From Laetmonice hystrix (taxonomy: Eukaryota), in the NCBI GenBank assembly GCA_965235115.1, contig OZ249436.1:21330001-21394000 (forward strand): 64,000 bases of DNA, read 5' to 3'. Made by a program: the position numbers and the translations under genes. Shown in pieces: positions 1 through 12,281 of the stretch. How positions within the stretch are numbered: the first letter of the stretch is position 1; every line of letters begins with the position of its first letter. Under the pieces are notes generated by a model. It was not told where the DNA came from, ran no database searches, and saw only the letters and a program-made list of their open reading frames with translations.

Positions 1-1048
1 GACTGGTCGACAGGCCGGGGTTCGTGCTAGGACCGCCTGAGTCTGTATCTCAGTCTGACTGGTCGACAGGCCGGGGTTCGTGCTAGGACCGCCTGAGTCT
101 GTATCTCAGTCTGACTGGTCGACAGGCCGGGGTTCGTGCTATAGGACCGCCTGAGTCTGTATCTCAGTCTGACTGGTCGACAGGCCGGGGTTCGTGCTAG
201 GACCGCCTGAGTCTGTATCTCAGTCTGACTGGTCGACAGGCCGGGGTTCGTGCTAGGACCGCCTGAGTCTGTATCTCAGTCTGACTGGTCGACAGGCCGG
301 TGTTCGTGCTAGGACCGCCTGGGTCTGTATCTCAGTCTGACTGGTCGACAGGCCGGGTTCGTGCTAGGACCGCCTGAGTCTGTATCTCAGTCTGACTGGT
401 CGACAGGCCGGGGTTCGTGCTATAGGACCGCCTGAGTCTGTATCTCAGTCTGACTGGTCGACAGGCCGGGGTTCGTGCTAGGACCGCCCGAGTCTGTATC
501 TCAGTCTGACTGGTCGACAGGCCGGGGTTCGTGCTAGGACCGCCCGAGTCTGTATCTCAGTCTGACTGAACGACAGGCCGGGGTTCGTGCTAGGACCGCC
601 TGAGTCTGTATCTCAGTCTGACTGGTCGACAGGTCGGGGTTCGTGCTAGGACCGCCTGAGTCTGTATCTCAGTCTGTCTGGTCGACAGGCCGGGGTTCGT
701 GCTAGGACCGCCTGAGTCAGTATCTCAGCCTGACTGGTCGACAGGCCGGGGTTCATGCTAGGACCGCCTGAGTCGGTATCTCAGTCTGACTGGTCGACAG
801 GTCGGGGTTCGTGCTAGGACCGCCTGAGTCTGTATCTCAGTCTGACTGGTCGACAGGCCGGTGTTCGTGCTAGGACCGCCTGAGTCTGTATCTCAGTCTG
901 ACTGGTCGACAGGCCGGGGTTCGTGCTAGGACCGCCTGAGTCTGTATCTCAGTCTGACTGGTCGACAGGCCGGGGTTCGTGCTATAGGACCGCCTGAGTC
1001 TGTATCTCAGTCTGACTGGTCGACAGGTCGGGGTTCGTGCTAGGACCG
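1..1048. repeat. 56-bp minisatellite, ~18.5 copies, truncated by left window edge (in the Pax2/5/8 intron downstream of the paired exon)
   Basis: Unit GACTGGTCGACAGGCCGGGGTTCGTGCTAGGACCGCCTGAGTCTGTATCTCAGTCT repeats head-to-tail; occasional +TA variants and point changes; no spacers. Confidence 0.97.
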
Positions 1049-1550
1049 ACCGCCAGGGTGCGTGACTGGGTCCAGGTGAGCAGATCGACTGCTGATAATA
1101 CGTCTATATCCTGTCCTGTTCCCTGTCAGCACCATAGGTGCCACCCATACATCACCAGGGTCCAATCATAGCTAAAACCGTCAGTCTGGCTGGGCCACAA
1201 CTCAGTCATTCCCGGCCGGGGCCTGCATGGGTATATACACGGTCATGGCGTGCACGTTCATGATCCATGCCATGTGCTTGTACGACCCCCACCACCTTAT
1301 CATACTATACATGTAAACATGTAAGTACATGAAGTCTGCCCTCACCACGCTGGTGACATACAAGACCTTCCTGACTATGCTGTACACGGTAACATCCCAC
1401 ACGGACTACATGTTTACACCCCTAGAGTACCAGGTTGGTCTCTGTCCAGCTAATAAAGGACGTTTAAAGGACGGTATCAGTAGGTTATAGTGTATTATGA
1501 ATGAAACGTTATCTGATGTTTTTTTACATGAACCGTACCTGGAGTACCTG

Positions 1551-1659
1551 GACCATGAGCGGACCATGAGCTGACCGTGAGCGGACCATGAGCTGACCGT
1601 GAGCGGACCATGAGCTGACCGTGAGCGGAAAATGAGCGGAACATGAGCGGACTATGAGC
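1551..1659. repeat. 11/22-bp tandem repeat
   Basis: Alternating GACCATGAGCT / GACCGTGAGCG units, degenerating to GAACATGAGCG. Confidence 0.85.
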
Positions 1660-2865
1660 AATATTCGTACGTCCCGTGTGGAGAAGTGTTCTACCGCCGG
1701 GACAGCCGTGTGAGGTCGGGCGGGTGGGCGGGCGGGTGTGTGGGCGGGCGGGCAGAGAGAAAGAGGAGGAGGATTGTTCACACCTCACGAGCCACAACAG
1801 AGGCCCGACATTACATGGCTGTGTGAGCGGCTCGCTGCGCCTCGTAAATCTCACTCCCGAGCACAACTCCATGTAAGTGAGCATAACTCACAACCATACA
1901 TTGTGGCCGGCTGGAGACAGGTCATGGAGTAGCCTGGGTGGGTTGAGGGACACGGGTGTTAGTTCTGGTAGGCCTTCCATACGGACACGCCCTCCCAATG
2001 GGCTCAGTACAGTCTGAATAGTTTACTCTTATCGTACTCAACCCAAACACAGTATCTGAAACACGCACTCGGACTATTATAATAAAACAAAATGTTATTC
2101 AGGCTGTATTCTGGTATTGGGCCAATCGCTTTGGTTTTTATATAATTATGATCGGGAGTAGAAAGGACGGGGGCAGGGATACACATTGGTTAACAAAACC
2201 TACCGTCGAGGACGGCTGGCTGTGGTTGTGGACGGTTAACGGAAGCAGTTCTGTCACCCGTAACACAACCATCAACACCACCTCGACCGATAGAAACACA
2301 ATTATCTGTGTGTTCACAGCCGCCGAGCACTTCCCGAGGTCACGCCATGGATGGCGGCCAAATTGTCTCTCAATGAACATCTACCCATCCACGTCGGTGG
2401 AGGAAACTCGCCGGCCTCTAACAGATTCTACTTCCGCATTCACAAATCTCTCTCATCTTGTTCGTTTCTCAACTTTATCGTTTCAGTGGCTGAAGGGGAA
2501 TGAAAATACTCGCCTGCATGTTAAAACGATAAACGATAATATGTGTAGGGCCGATATGTGGGTATAGTCAATAAACGATAATTATAGGTGTAGGGCCGAT
2601 ATGTGGGTATAACTGCCTATGTATATAGGCCTATGCTAGTCCGTCAGTGGGATCATCTTTGTTCAGGACACGTTTCACGTACCCACCCACCTCTATAGAC
2701 CGTTATACTTCTACATTCCATCGTCTAGAACACTGGCCAAGGCTGGCCTTGCAATTAGTGGCGCTGGCCGCCGTGATGGACAATGAAACTGAAGGTCATG
2801 ATAAATCACTGACAGTCGCTCGTATACGTCCATACACGGCAGCAGTGGTATCCATGGCTTGTCGG

Positions 2866-2924
2866 TGCATGGCCATGGTGCATGGCCATGGTGCATGGCC
2901 TGGTGCATGGCCTGGTGCATGGCC
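2866..2924. repeat. 12-13-bp tandem repeat, ~5 copies
   Basis: GCATGGCC(A)TGGT repeated. Confidence 0.8.
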
Positions 2925-3616
2925 GGGGTGGCGGGCTGGCTGCAGCATGTGGCGAGCCGCTGCCCCAGGCGCCCCAGCCACAATCAACCCTCTCCCCCAG
3001 TCCACCCACGATCCCCGCCCTTTATTTGCCACCATATCGTTGGGTGTAGCTGATAGGGAGCGGTCAGATTTCGGTCGTTGTACTGGCGGCCGTGATGGCA
3101 TCACAGAACCGGTTAGCGGTCGCCCTGGGGCTACGATGGCCGCCGGGTGTCTACATTCCCCTGCCGGCTGCCAGCGCTCACCTCCCGGCGGCCGCGACCT
3201 GCCCCGCCCGCCCGCCGTCCACAGCTGCCCGCCGGCCATCACAGGCCAGAAGGACGGACACAAGTGCCCAACACATATTTCGTCAGGTCGACAGCCACAC
3301 TGGATGAATTAAATTACTTTCGGCTGTGCACTAAGTGCAACATCAAATTCACTTACGAGTGCTGAGAGGCGGCGGGCAGTGAGCAGACATTGTCACGTAT
3401 AATGAATCAGGGTCAGTCGAACAGGCTTTATCCCAATCGGGATCTCACTCAACCGCCATGATATTATACAACCAAAACATTAACCTTTAATCCTTTATGG
3501 AGCGGGTGGTTGCAATATATTGGCAAGATAGTCTTAGAATCGATCTAGTAAAGGCCAATATGATAACACTCCAATGGTGTCTGGCCACTCCGAGAATGCA
3601 TCAACCCAAGCTACAA

Positions 3617-4221
3617 TAACCTTCGGCATCAAACTCCGTCAGCCAGTAACCTTCGGCATCAAACTCCGTCAACCAGTAATCTTCAGCATCAAACTCCGTC
3701 AGCCAGTAACCTTCAGCATCAAACTCCGTCAGCCAGTAATCTTCAGCATCAAACTCCCTCAGCCAGTAACCTTCAGCATCAAACTCCGTCAGCCAGTAAT
3801 CTTCAGCATCAAACTCCCTAAGCCAGTAATCTTCAGCATCAAACTCCCTAAGCCAGTAATCTTCAGCATCAAACTCCCTCAGCCAGTAACCTTCAGCATC
3901 AAACTCCGTCAGCCAGTAACCTTCAGCATCAAACTCCGTCAGCCAGTAATCTTCAGCATCAAACTCCCTCAGCCAGTAATCTTCAGCATCAAACTCCGTC
4001 AGCCAGTAACCTTCAGCATCAAACTCCGTCAGCCAGTAATCTTCAGCATCAAACTCCCTCAGCCAGTAACCTTCAGCATCAAACTCCGTCAGCCAGTAAT
4101 CTTCAGTATCAAACTCCCTAAGCCAGTAATCTTCAGCATCAAACTCCCTCAGCCAGTAACCTTCAGCATCAAACTCCCTCAGCCAGTAACCTTCAGCATC
4201 AAACTCCCTCAGCCAGTAACC
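3617..4221. repeat. 30-bp minisatellite, ~20 copies
   Basis: Unit CTTCAGCATCAAACTCCSTCAGCCAGTAAY; produces the spurious periodic ORFs 3574-4245(+) and 3601-4227(-). Confidence 0.97.
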
Positions 4222-7200
4222 ACACACAGAGTTCGGATTTCCTGAAGGAAGAACTGCATGGGAGAAAAACGGCCTGAAGAAGTCGAACTGAGGAGAGGAA
4301 TATTAACATGATGTGCAATCCCTTCTTTCATTTCATCACGCTAATAATGCTAGTAGGTGCTCCTCGTCTCCGCAGGCAGCGACTCCATCATACGGTTACG
4401 CTTCGCTGCGCTTTGCATTAAATTTGAAATCAACATCAGGATTTCCTGCCTTGTATCTCCATACGGATCTATATTTAATCATCGGGACTCTGTTTTGTAT
4501 TATAAGCGATGGTGATTGTCTAATTAAATTTACATAGTGATACGCAACTGATTAATTCATTGCCGTAGATAAGGCCGAATGAGGTAGAAGCAGAGACAGT
4601 GGGTAATGAGTGGGTGTCCGGCCACAGCCGCTGTGGTCAGCCCTCATCTCAACCAGGCTCACCGCCATGGTGGCCGCTGACAAGTCCGGTAACGAACTAC
4701 ATGCCGGCGACCACGTTCTAGTACATCTTCATCGCGTGCTGGCATAAGAGATTTGAACCTAGGTGGATAAACGCCAGCGGAGGAGATAATCCAGGGTGGT
4801 AGTCAGGGAGGTCTGATCTCAACATCCCGGCTTATCGCTCACGGCCGCGCTATCTGTGTCACACAGCGAACCGACATGTTGCAAGCAACCATCTTCTGTC
4901 TCTGCCCATCTCGAGTGACATGATTTGTCCGTGACTGGCTCGCTCTATGTTACACCAACTCGTCACTCAGAGCGCGGTCTTATCCACAAACATCTCCCGA
5001 CTCGTGTAGAACAGGTGCTTTATCTATATACACTCACAGTCGAGCAGTATTTGCATTTCTCAAACCATAAACGCTATATATCAAGACGCTATATACCCCG
5101 CTCAATGCGGTTTCGCTCAGATAACCATGAATTTAAATAGGTCAGAACTGACACCGAAGAATAGCAGGTAAAGAAATATTACTGCCTAAATATATCATTT
5201 GTAAAGAAGGGGGAAAAAGGTATAAAAATACATGTATGATCTTGTTCGCTCAGCGTACCGAATCAGTTATATTGCAAATTGCAGAGCTAATCATCAACTC
5301 AGTCTAAAGCCCATAACTATGCCGTTTCGGATCATTCTGTAGGTCACACACGTGTATAGGAGACTTCCGAGTGGGTCCAACACAAAGGGATGAGTTGAAG
5401 CCTAATCTTTCCTGCCCGTGGTGCTATTCTTTCCGGCCACCCCTGCCGATTATCACCGTCATACAGCCCCTCTAGCTGCCGGTGGTAACGACCTTATCGG
5501 CTTGTCCCAACACATTATAGCCGGGCTAGTCGGCATGCCACCCGCGCTGTAATAGAATTAATTGTCATTATCTCCACCGCCCCTCGGTGGCCGCATAATG
5601 ACATGTTGTCATCCCGCCATTGTTAGGCTTACAATGTCGAGGGTCTCGTCCCACCTCCGTACTCTTGTTCTAAAGTGGGCCAAGGGCTGCCATCTCTATA
5701 GGATCATGTTTCAAGATCCAGGGTATACATTATATACATTGACCTGACAGTCCATAGTCTGATCAGACTTTACTGTATACACCACTGCTCGCATGTTTTT
5801 CTCCCTATCCAAATATTACAGTTTATTGGTGAATAATTCACGGAGAAGGTCGGCAGATTTCGATGTTCACAGTGTAACGTTTTACTTGTGCTCACGCCAT
5901 ACATTGATGACATGTATAGGATGTATTATTGCTGATATAGAATCACTATTCTCTCTGCATAATACATACGGATGTATGGTGGTGGGGAAACGGCTTATTA
6001 TCTGATACACAAAAAAAATCAACTTCTGCAATCTATATATTCAATTATAGAATGATACGACCTTGAATATTAACATTCAAAATAATTGCCATTATTTTAT
6101 ACTCAATAAACACTGGCGTTTGTTAAGGACATAATTATACGGCAATCCTTACTCGCATCTTTAATGGATCCTGAAGAAACGCTCCTTCTATTAGGTAGGA
6201 ACTATATTATCCTCTCCATGTATTGGACATCAGTAAACCTCATTGGAGATCCCTTCCATCCTGCTCGTACTCTCTGAATGTGTATGATGGTTGCACGGAG
6301 TTCCTACCATTGCGATATTTGGGAGTCGCTCGCTCGCCTACTGCATGTCACACTGAGCTCCTCGTACATGGAGGCTGCACCATGGTGCACACGTCTATTG
6401 TCTCCTCGCCAATTTAATACTAATAGCACCTCTTGACGCGTTCACCACGTCCACTAATTAATTGCATCATTTATAGAACGCCTATTCATAAATAGAAAAT
6501 AATCTAATTACGTATCCAATTGACTGCCCTTGGAGCGGTGTGTACAAACGATCTAATAATGGCCGACAAGTGGAGTGATGTTTGATCACTGGCAACAAAC
6601 ACGTCATATCATTACGGGACAAAACATGTGTTTTGTCATCATGTGCATGGTGCACAGTTTGGGTGGGGTACGGGAGGCCGCTGGTGGCAACTTAATCACA
6701 ATCCCCCAGTTAATTGCCAAGGACGCGCGCACCAGACAGCACGGCCGCTCCTCTCATTAAAAATGAGTTGAAATGTCTCCCCCAGCCTATCCCGATTTGC
6801 CTCCGACTAAAGGGAACCTTTGAACGATTGCTTTAAGTTGACAAAACAGGGTCGTCAGCCTATAAACAGTAGCGACTTCTGAGGCGGGCGGCGGCCGATC
6901 TCATCTCTTTGATGTTCGCCATCTGTGCCACTGGCCTAGATCCATCCTTACACTGAGGAGTTGAGAGACCAGAAGACGGGGTCCCCTGACTGGCTATGTA
7001 TCCCTTCACTGGCCTTGTATCCCTTCATACACTTGTATCCCTTCACTTGCTATAGCCATGGCTTGTGGCACTGATATATAGATATCCCTTGGCTCGCCGT
7101 TTGCCTTTGCCTTCTTTAAGATCAAGTATTACCGTCAAAATTGGCGATTTATTCTCTATCACTTTGTGGACGTTGTCCGCTGTATACACAGGACCTGGAA

Positions 7201-9430
7201 GGTTCGCCATCGATCGATACCAGTGGTGTGAAACAACTTTGAGTAGAGTCATATAATATCTTATTTTATATTCTCTGCATACTGTATAATTGGTGTAGTT
7301 TATATAACGGAGATATTGGCATGGTTCTACACGCCGAAGATCGAGTGTAATGAATACATAATGTGGTATCCTGGACGACTGTGTTTGTAGAGGATCTGCA
7401 TGCATTGGTCGATGGCAGGTCGTTGACCGTCTTCTAACGACTCACCGGTCGCGAGGTCCTTGGTTATATAGAGGACTGGTGTGTATGATCCACGCCGCCC
7501 TGGGTGCTGCTCGACCCGCTCACATTATTCATGACATCGGGGGGACTTGCCCCTCCGTCATTAACATTTATGATTTATCGGTCCTGCCCGGCCCGTGCTC
7601 CGGTGGCCTATAGCTCCGTCTGGGCGGGTTTTCCGGGATGCTGCTGCATGCATGCCAGGCCCGTTGGCCGACATCTTACTTGCTCTACACTAACCCTCGC
7701 CTTCCCAGCTTGGCGTCATCGCACCCGACACTTCATGCTATTTGGCGTGTTAAAAACCGGAGATATTCGGTCTCAGGTGTTAACCACACTGTAACGGATA
7801 TATTGTAGGCACCCCAAAACATGGGAAGTACTGCACATCACCATGGCCTTTTCAGGGTGGGATGTCGTTGTGAGATTGTCACATATTTCTCATATTTCGT
7901 CCATGTTGAATGCATGTTGGGGCAGATGACGTCACGCCTTGTTTTCCGAGGACCGTGTGTCGCGTCATGCAGTCGGCTGTGTTTGACCCGCGGTATCCGC
8001 GGTGGTGAGCGCGGGTAGAATGACGGGGTTGGCCTGCGTTAGTTTCCGTGTTGTTTGCAGGTCATGTCGGGTAGCCGAACTGATTTACGGCATGTTTCAG
8101 ACCTTGAGAAGGGCATACGTTCGTGCTGCCGACCCTGGTTTGGCGTTCTCCCAGATCTATGCCAAGTGACAGCTCTTCTGATGGTGGTCTCTGAGACAGG
8201 AACCCCTGAGACAACCCTCCCCACCTCCCTCCACACCTGCCAACAACCTTCGTGCTGAGATTACTGGGGCATAATTACACTGCACGCCTACGGCCGGACA
8301 TATAGCTTGCATGTTACAACATATATATCAGAATTAAGGCCTAGTATATGCAACTGTCCAATAAAGACACGTACATGTATTCTGTCTGTACTTGAGGTCT
8401 TGTAGATTTGATACAGGTATTGATACCTGATACGTCCTAAGTGACCATGTAACTTTGGTCCAGGATTGGCATGTCTCACACGGGGTCAACCCTTGGTCAT
8501 ATACACAGGCACCTTCCCCAATTGGTCCTTCTCACGACCAAAACCAACGACAACAAGGACACAAGCTGATCAGGAGATGACCCCAAATGCCCCTGTATAG
8601 ATCTTGATAGATGTTGCCCCCTACCCTAACTTCTATGTGTGTGGTGGTGGGATAGGGTGACGAGGTGGGGGGGGGGGGGGGTGTCATGCTCTTTATCACA
8701 AGGTCGCCAATTGAGCTTGTTATATGTAGCTGTTTGAGAGAACAACGTTATCCAGACTCTGAATGCTGACAACTATTCCCATGTCACCCGTGGGGTCTCT
8801 CATATATCTCCTTTCTTATTAACCCCAGTCACGGCTGGCTTTTACTATCGGGGGGGGGGGGGTCTTTGTCTTTGTGCCGCTTTATAAGGGGCGGCTATCA
8901 TTAAATAGGTTTGGTTGCGGGGGTGGGGGTATAAATAATCAACATGGCCAACATTCTAGTGGTATAGTGTATGGTCACTCAGTGTGAATAGAGTCTATAC
9001 CACATACTCCAATACAATAACAACACTTAAAGGTACTAAATACATCTGAGATTACGAAGTTGTGTTAAGGTTCATTGTAACAATACTACCGTACAAGCAA
9101 TTAACAGGAGAGTAAGAATATTCTTCAACAATCTGTGACCTACATGTATTTACAAGTTCTGCCCCTTACCGTGAGGTTTGTGTGATCTAGACAAGGTTAT
9201 GGTAACGTTAGTAAAGAGCTCAACCCATTATTAAATCAATTTAATGTTAGAGAAGCGTCAATATTGTGTTATATTATCATAATTCACTATGAGCACATTA
9301 AGCATAATCAGACCTATCAATAATATACCTTAAACCATCACTAGAGATCTTTAACTGAATTATGTCTGATACATTACTAATATATTTTCATCCAAAGTAT
9401 TATAAGGTAAGGAATAAAGGGAATCTCCTT

Positions 9431-9900
9431 CATACTCTCTACGTGTTGAAAAAATAACGGGATCATTTTGTCCAAACCATACTCTCTACGTGTTGAAAAA
9501 ATAACGGGATCATTTTGTCCAAACCATACTCTCTACGTGTTGAAAAAATAACGGGATAATATTGTCTAAACCATACTCTCTAAGTGTTGAGAAAATAACG
9601 GGATCATTTAGTCCAAACAATACTCTCTACGTGTTGAGAAAATAACGGGATAATTTTGTCCAAACCATACTCTCTACGTGTTGAAAAATAACGGGATAAT
9701 TTTGTCCAAATCGAACTCTCTACGTGTTGAGAAAATAACGGGATAATTTTGTCCAAATAGTACTCTCTACGTGTTGAGAAAATAACGGGATAATTTTGTC
9801 CAAATCGTACTCTCTACGTGTTGAGAAAATAACGGGATAATTGTGTCCAAATCGTACTTTATGTATGTTGAGAAAATAACGGGATCATTTTGTCCAAACC
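9431..9900. repeat. ~47-bp minisatellite, ~10 copies, ~130 bp downstream of the paired-exon donor
   Basis: Unit CATACTCTCTACGTGTTGARAAAATAACGGGATMATTTTGTCCAAAC. Confidence 0.95.
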
Positions 9901-10028
9901 GTAATATTTACATTGGAAATCTGAATTTCGACTTAAAATCTTTAGATGACAATTTCGGGGGGGGGGGGGGGGTTCTTTCACTATTATAAAGGGGTGGGGG
10001 ATAAGATGAAAGCAGGGTGCATGCCTAC

Positions 10029-10194
10029 CTTCCCAGTATCTTAGAGACGCAGCCATGTGAAACCCGGAGTTGTCTGCTGATATCACAAGGCCGCACGCCC
10101 TGGTGAGCGAGCTCGACGATCCTCTGTCGGACGACATCAGGCAGGGGCCGTCCATTGACGAACACTCCACCCAGCTGGTTCACTCCGCCATGAC
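10029..10194 (-). CDS. Pax2/5/8: Pax2/5/8 paired-domain exon (N-terminal half of paired box), 166 bp, phase 1 to phase 2
   Basis: Encodes (G/S)[55 protein letters not shown], matching the PAX2/PAX5 paired domain as I recall it. Acceptor caacag|GT CAT at 10195/10194; donor GGA AG|gtaggc at 10029/10028, splitting the R codon before YYETG as in vertebrate Pax2/5/8. The next exon (YYETGSI..PGVIGGSKP) was not found in 1-10028, so it likely lies left of the window. Confidence 0.98.
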
Positions 10195-12223
10195 CTGTTG
10201 GTGACATCAACATGGTGTCTGCTTAGTGTGAGAACGTGTGCCACGTTCTGCCAGGAGTCTCACTGTTTGGCACATAACTACATCAAGCATCTACAATATT
10301 AGCTCTATTTTATTTTTTTACAAAAATGATTATGTATACCATAATAGATATAGTATAATCTATTCAAATGTATTCTTCAGATGTTAGAAAGCCGTAACTG
10401 ATTCTGACATATATCTCAGTACGTTAGAGTTCAGTTGGGTTCGTCTTGAAGTACTTGGCTGTAACCACTTTTGACATCAATAGCTACAGTTTCTTAAAGC
10501 AAGACACCACTCTTGGTAACACTCGGTGACACCACTCAACATATAAATATCTATTGATCTAAAGTGGTGCCACTCATTCTAATTATAAACCTATTTTGTT
10601 TGTGAGTCTTGTCTATGACCTCCAGTGTCAGGAACCGTGTATGAAAAGCGATAGATAAATCATATTTCATATCGGCTGTTAGAACCAAGCTGTATCAACT
10701 GACAAAGTTTGGAATGTATCTGTTTACAACGAAACGGAATGTGCATACATCTTCAGTGTGAATAGGTGTCGATCCCCAGGGGACACGCCGCCTATATTGG
10801 TGATTTAGTTCCATGTTTAGATTCGGGCCTCCGTGCTGGAAATAGGTGGTTTAAGCGTCACTAGCAACACGATATGGCCCTAACCGTGTCGAGTTTACAA
10901 ACATGGTATGTATGTATGGGCGGCCCCTTCTACCGCCCGTGCCGCGGGCCAGGGGCGGCCGGCCAGCGTTCAGCTATAGTGGGGGTGAACAGGGACGGTC
11001 ACGGATGGTTGACCACACCCCCTCTCGGGGTAGATTCTCACACCCTATTGGCCATTATTGGTCGATCAACGAAACCACATGATGTGTAATCGTAGCAGAC
11101 ATGAATAGTTCAAAGGACAAAGACAAATACACCATGTTCGTTTGATGTGAATTTGTGGGTTCGCCGATCCAGGATAACCTGGAGCTTAAAACATATTGCG
11201 TCATTTAGATACAAATATTTTGCTGATGTCTCCGTTATCAGTGGTGATATCACATAGTCTCGGTATGTACATGAGTTTGCCGATGTTGATAATTGTGCCA
11301 AGTATGTTGAGAGCCGTCGGGACGGTTGGATGATTGATGTATCATCAAGTTGTTAGTGTAGGGAGGTCGAAAGTCGCACCGAAAGTTGTTGTGTTGGAGC
11401 GAGGTTGGAGGAGCAGCGAATAGTAGTGACTTTACAATGCTGAAACCGGCGCAGTGTATGTCAGAGAGCTTCATAGTCTTCCTTTTAGTGACTGTGAAGC
11501 TCTCCCACAGCTACGGCTGCTGTCGACTCTCCCCTGCTCCCCAAGAGCTGGCTGCTGATGCTGGGCTGTGATGGGGATGATGATGATGATGATGTACAGG
11601 CAGTATCGGCTGCACTGACTCCGTGCACTTGACGGCCACTTTGTTGTAGTTGGTGAGTCCGTTATTCGTAGCCTGTTTGAAGACGGGTAGAGTTACCGTA
11701 AATATTCAACCCGCTCTAATGGGGACCGGGCTGAGGCAGTGCAAGGTTCCGCAGCGTACGACTGGCCTACCCGACTACCCAACCGTTGTGTGTGGCTTGC
11801 TGATGATTACAAATTACAGGCTTTAGCACACTTTACACTGTGAAGTCGTTCTACGCTGCAAAGCCCCGCGGCCGATCACAATTATTCCCATCCTTTTTTC
11901 TCAATATTTTTTTCCGTCTTTTTGGAACCATTTCTTGTGTAAACGCCTATCAGACCTAGTTCATCATAACTTCCTTGTCGTTGACCTACACTGACATTAA
12001 TAGTTGTACTATACGACATGGTAGTTGTTTTATCTTGTTGCTGTTCGTACACAAACACCCGTCGCCTTCAGCTTGAGGGTGATTGAGACAGTCCTTGTAG
12101 AGTACGCTGACCTGACGTTTGCTCGTGCACGCCATGTAGAGAATGATGTCCGAGTCAGTGGATCTAACGGGTTCTACAGCCACTAGGCGGAACGTGGCAG
12201 GTCTGCCGGCCAGCGGACCGCCC

Positions 12224-12281
12224 GACCGTCCGACCGTCCGACCGTCCGACCGTCCGACCGACCGACCGTCCGACCGTCCGA
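12224..12281. repeat. (GACCGTCC)n short tandem repeat
   Basis: ~7 imperfect copies of an 8-bp unit. Confidence 0.85.

Noticed and set aside
1..1048. CRISPR-like array of palindromic repeats
   Set aside because: Units are contiguous with no unique spacers, no cas genes, and the context is a eukaryotic intron.
3574..4245. 223-aa and 208-aa ORFs on opposite strands
   Set aside because: Translation of a 30-bp stop-free minisatellite.
11900..11945. Minus-strand WFQ motif resembling homeodomain helix 3
   Set aside because: Reads LHKKWFQKDGKKY*; needs a frameshift to give WFQNRR and upstream residues do not match a homeodomain.
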